Source: Sphingobacteriales bacterium (GTDB lineage: Bacteria; Bacteroidota; Bacteroidia; UKL13-3). Taken from it: a DNA stretch of 64,000 bases. Under the pieces are notes generated by a model, which worked only from the letters and a program-made list of their open reading frames with translations, did no database searches and had not been told where the DNA came from. The translations under genes were made by a program, and so were the position numbers. The first letter of the stretch is position 1. The number at the start of each line of letters is the position of its first letter. This document shows positions 56,722-64,000 of the stretch, piece by piece. Location: assembly GCA_021299635.1 (NCBI GenBank), contig JAJTFA010000003.1, positions 145,795-209,794 of the forward strand, given 5' to 3'.

Positions 56722-58137
56722 ATGCAAAACAAACAATCGCAACTGTATAGCATCATCATTGTATTTTTTTTCTGGGGATTCATTGCATCATCGAACGGAA
56801 TCTTTATTCCCTTTTGCAAATCACATTTCCTATTAAATCAATTTCAGTCTCAGTTAATTGATATGACATTTTATGGAGGATACTTTGCAGGCTCACTGTT
56901 TTTATATTTATATGGGCTAATAAGCGGCAAAGATTTGTTGAATAAAATTGGTCTTAAAAAGGGTATTGTATATGGTTTACTGCTTTCTGCATTGGGTGCC
57001 CTGGCTATTATCCCATCGGTAAATGCGGGTTCATACCCCATGATATTATCTTCTTACTTTGTTATTGCACTTGGCTTTTCACTTCAGCAAACCTGTGCTC
57101 AGCCATTTGTGGTCGCATTGGGAGAGGCACAAACAGGGGCACATCGCTTAAACCTTGCAGGCGGCATCAATTCACTTGGTACAACCATCGGACCGGTAGT
57201 GGTGAGTTATTTTTTGTTCGGAGCCATTGATTCTCCAGCCTCAACTGCCTCTATTTCTTCCATTAGTGGATTGTATACGGGAGTAGCGGTGCTCTTTGCA
57301 GCTATGGCAGCATACTTTGGTTTATCATCATTACCCTCATTAACCAATGATGCGAAAATGGAAAAAGGTTCAGGCGCTCTTGCCTATCCACATTTGGTTT
57401 TAGGTATGGTAGCCATTTTTATTTATGTAGGTGTTGAGGTGAGTATTCAAAGTAATATGGGTGCTTTGCTGGCATTGCCTGAGTTTGGCGGATTAACAGA
57501 ATCAGGCATATCACCTTTTATCTCTTTGTATTGGGGTAGTTTAATGATAGGCAGGTGGACCGGTAGCATTACTATTTTTAATCTCAGTGGCTTTAAAAAG
57601 ATATTGGCTCAAGTTATTATTCCGCTGTTGGCATTTGCTGTTGTGTTGGGTGCCAATGCATTGCATGGCTATCAGGTATCGGGTATGCTCATGTACATAC
57701 CTGCCATTGCCTGCCTCATCGTTATCAATATAATTTGGGGTGATAACCAGTTTAAATCACTAACTGCCTGTGCCGTTCTGGGCATAGCTGGCATGATAAT
57801 CGGTTTATTCAGCACAGGTACTTTGGCTATGTATGCTTTTGTAAGCGGTGGTTTGGCCTGCTCAGTGCTTTGGCCCTGTATTTTTAGTATTGCTATTGCA
57901 GGTTTAGGAAAATATACTTCGCAGGGATCTGCATTCTTAATCATGATGATAGTGGGCGGTGCCGTTATTCCCCCTATTCAGGGTCTGCTGGCCGATATGC
58001 CTTCAGTGGGCATTCATGCCTCGTATTGGGTTGCCGTATTGTGCTTTATGTATTTGGCATGGTATGGTATAAAGGCTAAACAGTTGCTTGATAAGCAAGG
58101 TATTTCTTTAGACATGGGTTCGGCCTCCGGCCATTAA
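56722..58137 (+). CDS. MFS sugar transporter, FucP/GluP (fucose or glucose/galactose:H+ symporter) family
   Basis: 12-TM-like profile. The N-terminal IIIVFFFWGFIASSNGIFIPFCKSHF..QSQLIDMTFYGGYF is typical of this family. The start is set at ATG 56722. Confidence 0.75.
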   Translation: MQNKQSQLYSIIIVFFFWGFIASSNGIFIPFCKSHFLLNQFQSQLIDMTFYGGYFAGSLFLYLYGLISGKDLLNKIGLKKGIVYGLLLSALGALAIIPSVNAGSYPMILSSYFVIALGFSLQQTCAQPFVVALGEAQTGAHRLNLAGGINSLGTTIGPVVVSYFLFGAIDSPASTASISSISGLYTGVAVLFAAMAAYFGLSSLPSLTNDAKMEKGSGALAYPHLVLGMVAIFIYVGVEVSIQSNMGALLALPEFGGLTESGISPFISLYWGSLMIGRWTGSITIFNLSGFKKILAQVIIPLLAFAVVLGANALHGYQVSGMLMYIPAIACLIVINIIWGDNQFKSLTACAVLGIAGMIIGLFSTGTLAMYAFVSGGLACSVLWPCIFSIAIAGLGKYTSQGSAFLIMMIVGGAVIPPIQGLLADMPSVGIHASYWVAVLCFMYLAWYGIKAKQLLDKQGISLDMGSASGH

Positions 58138-58204
58138 TTTTAACTTAATCAGGTAAAAACAAAAGTATTGCCTACCTTTGCGCCTCAATTTTTTTAAGGC
58201 GCTC

Positions 58205-60016
58205 ATGCAACAAAACATTAGAAACATAGCCATCATTGCCCACGTTGACCATGGTAAAACTACATTGGTTGACAAGATTTTACATCAAACTAAACTTTTC
58301 CGTGAAAATCAGGAAACAGGGGAACTTATTTTAGATAATAACGATCTGGAGCGCGAACGGGGGATTACTATTTTGGCTAAAAATGTATCGGTTAGATACA
58401 AAGACGTAAAAATCAATATTATCGACACACCCGGCCACGCGGATTTTGGCGGTGAGGTAGAGCGTGTTTTAAATATGGCTGATGGCGTATTGCTGCTGGT
58501 AGACGCGTTTGAGGGACCTATGCCCCAAACCCGTTTTGTGCTGCACAAAGCCCTTTCATTGGGTAAAAAACCTATCGTGGTTATTAATAAAGTAGATAAA
58601 CCTAACTGCAGACCGGATGAGGTGCATGATGCCGTTTTTGATTTATTTTTTAACCTGGATGCCACAGAAGAGCAATTAAATTTTCATACCATCTACGGAA
58701 GCTCAAAGATGGGCTGGATGGGTAGAGACTGGAAAACACCTACTGAAGATTTTACGGCATTGCTTGACGATATTATTGAACAAATACCGCCTCCTGAAGT
58801 ACATGAAGGTACGTTGCAAATGCAAATAACCTCTCTTGATTATTCTTCATTCACCGGTCGTATTGCAGTAGGCCGTTTGTTAAGAGGTTCACTAAAAGTA
58901 AATCAGCCGGTTTCTCTGGTTAAGCGTGATGGCTCTATACAGAAAAGCCGTGTGAAGGAGTTATATACATTTGAAGGATTGGGCCGTGCCAAAGTTGAAG
59001 AAGTAAAGGCTGGTGACATTTGTGCGGTTTTTGGTATTGAAGGTTTTGAAATAGGCGATACCATTGCTGATTTTGAAAACCCTGAAGGCTTAAAACCAAT
59101 TGCTATAGATGAGCCAACTATGAGCATGTTGTTTACCATTAATAACTCTCCGTTTTTTGGCAAAGAAGGCAAGTTTGTTACCAGTCGTCACCTGAGAGAT
59201 CGTTTAGAGAAAGAAACTGAAAAGAATCTGGCATTAAAACTGGAAGATACCGACTCGCCTGATGCTATTTTGGTTTATGGCCGCGGTATTCTACACTTGT
59301 CTATTTTGATTGAAACAATGAGGCGCGAAGGGTATGAATTACAGGTTGGCCAGCCTCGCGTAATTGTAAAAGAAATAGATGGGGTAAAGTGTGAACCTAT
59401 AGAAACTTTAACCGTTGATACACCGGAAGAGTCTGCAGGTAAAGTGATAGAGTTGGTAAGTCAGCGTAAAGGAGAGTTACTGGTTATGGAGCCGAAAGGC
59501 GATTTACAGCATCTTGAATTTAGCATACCTTCAAGAGGAATTATCGGTTTAAGAAATAATATACTAACTGCAACAGCCGGAGAAGCTATTATGGCTCACC
59601 GCTTAAAAGGCTATGAATCATGGAAAGGTCAAATACCTTCGCGTTTGGCAGGTGTATTGATTAGTGGAGATAAAGGTACCGCAACCGCATATGCAATAGA
59701 CAAGTTGCAAGACAGGGGTCGTTTTTTTATTGAGCCCGGAGATGAAGTATACGAAGGACAGGTAGTTGGCGAAAATATCAGACCAGATGATATGGTTTTA
59801 AATATTATACGCGCTAAGCAACTTACCAATTTTCGTGCGGCCGGTAGCGATGATAATGTGAAAATTGCTCCTAAAATTAATTTTTCATTAGAGGAGTGCA
59901 TGGAGTATATCCAGGAAGATGAATACGTAGAGATTACCCCAAAATCTTTAAGGTTAAGAAAAATTCTGTTGAATGAAAACGACCGGAAGCGTGCTAAGAA
60001 TGCTGCAATGGCTTAA
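58205..60016 (+). CDS. typA: Translational GTPase TypA/BipA
   Basis: IRNIAIIAHVDHGKTTLVD, DTPGHADFGGEV, NKVD, then BipA-type C-terminal domains. The start is set at ATG 58205. Confidence 0.92.
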   Translation: MQQNIRNIAIIAHVDHGKTTLVDKILHQTKLFRENQETGELILDNNDLERERGITILAKNVSVRYKDVKINIIDTPGHADFGGEVERVLNMADGVLLLVDAFEGPMPQTRFVLHKALSLGKKPIVVINKVDKPNCRPDEVHDAVFDLFFNLDATEEQLNFHTIYGSSKMGWMGRDWKTPTEDFTALLDDIIEQIPPPEVHEGTLQMQITSLDYSSFTGRIAVGRLLRGSLKVNQPVSLVKRDGSIQKSRVKELYTFEGLGRAKVEEVKAGDICAVFGIEGFEIGDTIADFENPEGLKPIAIDEPTMSMLFTINNSPFFGKEGKFVTSRHLRDRLEKETEKNLALKLEDTDSPDAILVYGRGILHLSILIETMRREGYELQVGQPRVIVKEIDGVKCEPIETLTVDTPEESAGKVIELVSQRKGELLVMEPKGDLQHLEFSIPSRGIIGLRNNILTATAGEAIMAHRLKGYESWKGQIPSRLAGVLISGDKGTATAYAIDKLQDRGRFFIEPGDEVYEGQVVGENIRPDDMVLNIIRAKQLTNFRAAGSDDNVKIAPKINFSLEECMEYIQEDEYVEITPKSLRLRKILLNENDRKRAKNAAMA

Positions 60017-60043
60017 TTCAAGATTTCAATTTATTATATAAAA

Positions 60044-60080
60044 AAGAACCCCGGCAAAGTTAATGCCGGGGTTTCTTTTT
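60044..60080 (+). terminator. Rho-independent terminator after typA
   Basis: Stem agaaccccggc/gccggggtttct followed by a T-run. Confidence 0.7.
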
Positions 60081-60193
60081 CTTGGTTGTTACACCAAAAC
60101 CCACAATTATGAAAAGAATTAACTCTTATCAGGCATCGAACATAGGGTAAAAAATTTTTAGCAAAAACAGTTATTGATTTTTTACATTCGTTT

Positions 60194-61087
60194 ATGCAGC
60201 ACACAATAAAATTAAAAAGTAACCACGGCTTTGAATGGATTGATTTGGTTGAGCCTACCGATGAAGAACTCCATGCTATGGCAACTTCATATCAACTGCA
60301 TCCGGCAGCTGTGCAGGATTGTTTGCAACCGGAGCATTTACCAAAGTATGAGTTAATAGAGGATGTGCAGTTTATGATTTGCCGCTACTATGATAGTGAG
60401 TGCCCCAAAAATGCAGATTCCATTCGGCTGATAAGTCGTAAATTGGCCATTTTCTGGGGCAAGGATTTTATCATAACCGTTCACCGTAAATCTTTTGAAG
60501 CATTTGATGAGGTGGCTGGTCGTGCATCTGCGATTGACCAACCTTATGTGCTCATTTGTAAACTGGTTAAAGCCTGCCTTCAAACCTATGAAGAGCCACT
60601 GCAAAAACTAGATGCTGAGATAGATTTTTATGAAAGCCGAATTTTTCTCAAAAAGCGCATACCTGATTTACTTAAAAACCTTTATTTCATTAAACGCAAA
60701 ACATATGTTATCAGGCGTATATCTAATCTAAGCAAAGAGATTCCGGAAAAACTTGGTGTCAACAATAAACGCATACCTGCTTATCAGGATTTGAAAGACT
60801 ATTACATCAAACTGGATACAGTAATTGAAGAGGTATATGACAGCATTAACAGTTTAATGAATATTTATATTTCACTCTCGTCTCAACGCACCAATGAGGT
60901 GATGCGCACTCTAACTGTCTTTACTGCGTTTTTTCTGCCACTAACCTTTATCGTGGGTGTTTATGGAATGAACTTTCATTACATGCCAGAACTCAATCAC
61001 CCATCCGGTTATCCAATGGTTCTGGGCCTTATGCTGTTTATCACGCTTTTTATCTGGATTTGGTTTAAAAGAAAAGGCTGGATGTGA
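60194..61087 (+). CDS. corA: CorA-family magnesium/cobalt transporter
   Basis: 297 aa. The GMN signature lies in VYGMNF between two C-terminal TM segments. Confidence 0.8.
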   Translation: MQHTIKLKSNHGFEWIDLVEPTDEELHAMATSYQLHPAAVQDCLQPEHLPKYELIEDVQFMICRYYDSECPKNADSIRLISRKLAIFWGKDFIITVHRKSFEAFDEVAGRASAIDQPYVLICKLVKACLQTYEEPLQKLDAEIDFYESRIFLKKRIPDLLKNLYFIKRKTYVIRRISNLSKEIPEKLGVNNKRIPAYQDLKDYYIKLDTVIEEVYDSINSLMNIYISLSSQRTNEVMRTLTVFTAFFLPLTFIVGVYGMNFHYMPELNHPSGYPMVLGLMLFITLFIWIWFKRKGWM

Positions 61088-61198
61088 GTTGTTTAGGTTG
61101 GGTTGAACAAAACAATCTGCTTGAAATTAAACTAATAAATGCTTTGGTTTTATCCGAGAGATAACTTTATTTTCGCCTCCTGATAATTTTTTTATCCT

Positions 61199-62338
61199 AT
61201 GAATTTTGAATTAACAGAAGAACAACTAGCCGTGCAGCAGGCAGCAAGAGATTTTGCCCAAACCGAATTATTACCTGGTGTAATTGAGCGTGATGATAAA
61301 CAGGAGTTCCCGTATGAGCAGGTAAAAAAGCTTGGTGAACTTGGCTTTATGGGTATGATGGTAGATCCGAAGTATGGAGGTTCAGGTATGGATACAATTT
61401 CATATGTGTTAGCCATGGAGGAACTTTCAAAAGTTGATGCATCTGCCTCAGTAGTGGTATCGGTTAATAATTCATTGGTTTGCTGGGGGCTGGAAACCTA
61501 TGGAACCGAAGAACAAAAACAAAAATACTTGGTACCAATGGCAAGCGGCAAGGTGCATGGGGCATTCTTGCTGTCAGAGCCTGAGGCCGGAAGTGATGCT
61601 ACTTCTCAACGCACAACAGCAGAAGATAAAGGAGAATACTATTTATTAAACGGAACCAAAAACTGGATCACCAATGGCAATACCGCTTCCTATTATCTGG
61701 TAATAGCACAAACCGATGTAGATAAAAAACACAAAGGCATCAATGCATTTATAGTAGAGAAAAATTGGCCGGGAGTTACAATAGGAAAAAAAGAAGATAA
61801 AATGGGTATTCGCGGAAGCGATACACATTCTATTATGTTCACCGATGTAAAGGTGCCAAAGGAAAACAGAATTGGCGAAGATGGGTTTGGATTTAAGTTT
61901 GCCATGAAAGTTTTAACAGGTGGCCGAATTGGCATAGCTGCGCAAGCCTTGGGTATTGCCAGTGGTGCATATGAGCTGGCATTAAAATATTCTAAAGAGC
62001 GCAAGGCTTTTGGTAAAGAAATTATGCATCACCAGGCTATACAATTTAAGTTGGCCGATATGGCTACACAAATTGAAGCCGCACGTTTATTGTGCTTAAA
62101 AGCTGCCGCATTGAAAGATGCAGACCAAGATTATGCATTAGCCAGTTCTATGGCTAAGGTATTTGCATCAGAAACAGCTATGTGGGTAACCACAGAAGCC
62201 GTGCAGGTGCATGGTGGCTATGGTTATGTGAAAGAGTACCATGTTGAGCGTTTGATGCGCGATGCAAAAATTACACAGATATATGAAGGCACATCAGAGG
62301 TGCAACGTATTGTGATATCTCGAGAGATACTTAAGTAG
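61199..62338 (+). CDS. Acyl-CoA dehydrogenase (short/branched-chain type)
   Basis: 379 aa. LSEPEAGSD, WITNG, catalytic-base region IYEGTSEVQR near the C-terminus. Confidence 0.85.
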   Translation: MNFELTEEQLAVQQAARDFAQTELLPGVIERDDKQEFPYEQVKKLGELGFMGMMVDPKYGGSGMDTISYVLAMEELSKVDASASVVVSVNNSLVCWGLETYGTEEQKQKYLVPMASGKVHGAFLLSEPEAGSDATSQRTTAEDKGEYYLLNGTKNWITNGNTASYYLVIAQTDVDKKHKGINAFIVEKNWPGVTIGKKEDKMGIRGSDTHSIMFTDVKVPKENRIGEDGFGFKFAMKVLTGGRIGIAAQALGIASGAYELALKYSKERKAFGKEIMHHQAIQFKLADMATQIEAARLLCLKAAALKDADQDYALASSMAKVFASETAMWVTTEAVQVHGGYGYVKEYHVERLMRDAKITQIYEGTSEVQRIVISREILK

Positions 62339-62445
62339 TTAAGGTTAATTAATCAAATATGAAATCACCACACACCAACAATGTTTCCACTTTCTTTCAT
62401 TTTCCTAAACCACATAAGTTCCTAAAATTACCATCTTCTTAAGGA

Positions 62446-64000
62446 TTGGTAACGTTACTTATTTTAATCAGCATTTTAAGCTCCTGCAGTTCAATTCTTA
62501 TCCCCAGAAAACAAACTGTTATCTTCCAAACAGATAACAAGGATTCAAAAGTTTTTTTGCGAAACGAGTTGGTTGGTAAAGGCAAATCATTTACTGCCAA
62601 AGTAGAAAAAGATGGAGCCCAGCAGGTAATTATTAGAACCCCGGAACATAAAGATGCCTATGATGTAATTGTCCCTGTTAAAAGAACAGTGGCAAGACCA
62701 TTATTGGTTTTAATGAGTTTTGGCTTCTTTGTGTATCCCGGCCTTGTGGATATGTATATAGAAAGTACTAAGTTTTTCCCGTATAGTAAAAATATACCAT
62801 TGAAATCAGGTAATCTGCTTGAGAAAAGAAGCAATAACCAAAAGTATGTAAAGCTGGAGGCAATCAAACTTAAGATTGATGATAAGAATAAAGATATCAG
62901 ATATATAGATGATGTAGACTATACCACTCATCCTAATATCATCAAGGATATTGAAGCAAGAGAGCTTGAGTTCTTTTCAGATGAGCGGAAAAGAGAACAA
63001 AAAGAGGCTGCTAAAGCTGCTAAAAGGAAGAAAACTGCGAAAGAACAACTCGTGTCAGAATCAGACAAAAATGAAGTTCACTATGACGATACCAAATTTT
63101 CAGAAATGGTATTCAATACTTTGAAAACTACCGGTTATATTGATACAGTTAACAAGGTTTTTCAGGACAATAACAACACCGTTTACCTTGAAGGCGTGAT
63201 AAAAAAATCTCATTTGTATGAAATAGAAACAAACTTCGCTTCTTTCTATAAAACCAAACTAAATATTACCTGGTATATTTTGAATAGTTATGGAGAGAAA
63301 CTTGATTCGCAAAATTTTTGGAGCTATTCAGGTAATTTCCCTGGCTTATTTCTTGCTAAGGATAAAAGCTATCAAATGTATGCAGATGCTGTTGACTTTT
63401 CTTACTTTACCTTATTAAAGAGCGAACAATTTCAAAAATATCTTGCAGCTGATTCCAATTATTCAATCAACGATAAGGTGCTTACTTTAAAAAAACCTAC
63501 CAAAGTTGTTAAAGAGATTGGTGATGCAACGGCTGCTGCAGTTTCAATAAAGCGCAGTGACAAAGGACATGGATCGGGCTTTGCCATCACGCATGATGGT
63601 TATATTTTAACAAACTACCATGTTATTGCTGGAGATTATGCCGGCAGACCGGATGATATTAAGGTTGTGCTGTCTGATGGCGAAGAAATTCCTGTTAACG
63701 TGGTGAGGTATAACAAGGCAAGAGATTTAGCCTTACTTAAAGTTGAGAAAAATTTTGATGTTGTTTTTGAATTGAAAGGTGAGAAAAGTTATAAAAAGCT
63801 ATCAGAGATTTATGCAGTTGGAACTCCTAAATCACTTGAGTTGGGCCAATCGGTTAGTTTAGGAATTCTGTCCAATGAGCGCAAGGTAAACAGTGGAAGC
63901 ATGCTGCAGGTAAATATGAGTATCAATCCCGGAAACAGTGGTGGTGCGCTATTTGATAAGTCAGGTGCTCTGCATGGGGTAGTTACTTCTAAGTTGGTCG
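62446..64000 (+). CDS. Lipoprotein-like protein with a C-terminal trypsin-like (S1C/DegP-type) serine protease domain, 3' end outside window
   Basis: Not in the ORF track because it has no ATG and no stop in the window. Frame 1 is open from 62443 to the end. Catalytic-triad contexts are GFAITHDGYILTNYHV (His), ARDLALLKV (Asp), NPGNSGGALFD (Ser). The candidate start TTG 62446 gives (M)VTLLILISILSSC. The start is uncertain. Confidence 0.65.
   Translation, partial: MVTLLILISILSSCSSILIPRKQTVIFQTDNKDSKVFLRNELVGKGKSFTAKVEKDGAQQVIIRTPEHKDAYDVIVPVKRTVARPLLVLMSFGFFVYPGLVDMYIESTKFFPYSKNIPLKSGNLLEKRSNNQKYVKLEAIKLKIDDKNKDIRYIDDVDYTTHPNIIKDIEARELEFFSDERKREQKEAAKAAKRKKTAKEQLVSESDKNEVHYDDTKFSEMVFNTLKTTGYIDTVNKVFQDNNNTVYLEGVIKKSHLYEIETNFASFYKTKLNITWYILNSYGEKLDSQNFWSYSGNFPGLFLAKDKSYQMYADAVDFSYFTLLKSEQFQKYLAADSNYSINDKVLTLKKPTKVVKEIGDATAAAVSIKRSDKGHGSGFAITHDGYILTNYHVIAGDYAGRPDDIKVVLSDGEEIPVNVVRYNKARDLALLKVEKNFDVVFELKGEKSYKKLSEIYAVGTPKSLELGQSVSLGILSNERKVNSGSMLQVNMSINPGNSGGALFDKSGALHGVVTSKLV

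Overview
This 64-kb chromosomal segment has the hallmarks of a Bacteroidota genome. Several secreted proteins carry T9SS C-terminal sorting domains, signal peptides are cleaved before Gln, TAnnTTTG-like promoter motifs occur, and DUF2851, DUF3127 and DUF2795 genes are present. I can support about 57 protein-coding genes, 2 tRNAs (CAT and Phe-GAA), one retron ncRNA, several hairpin terminators and three families of non-coding repeats. Most genes are housekeeping or envelope functions: recJ end, trmB, fused 2-oxoacid dehydrogenase E1, pyrF, cysS, nrdJ, pgk, fabG, typA, corA, acyl-CoA dehydrogenase, four two-component pairs, a T9SS-secreted starch-degrading trio and a 1332-aa Ig-repeat adhesin. 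The standout is a compact ~3.3-kb insert (about 8.0-11.35 kb) between a HAD hydrolase gene and pyrF. It holds a divergent DnaB-family helicase, then 18 nt later a region with textbook retron msr/msd architecture, then 2 nt later a retron-type reverse transcriptase. I know of no characterised retron that uses a DnaB-like helicase as its partner. The insert is bracketed by inverted copies of a short-period intergenic repeat and followed by a 122-bp tandem repeat. A second oddity is the tRNA-Phe locus. It has a truncated 5' tRNA copy split by an 87-nt highly structured insertion, then the intact tRNA, then four tandem 91-92-bp units that each rebuild a tRNA-3'-end-like segment plus a terminator hairpin. 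All homology calls rest on motifs I recognise by eye. No database search, RNA folding or composition calculation was run.
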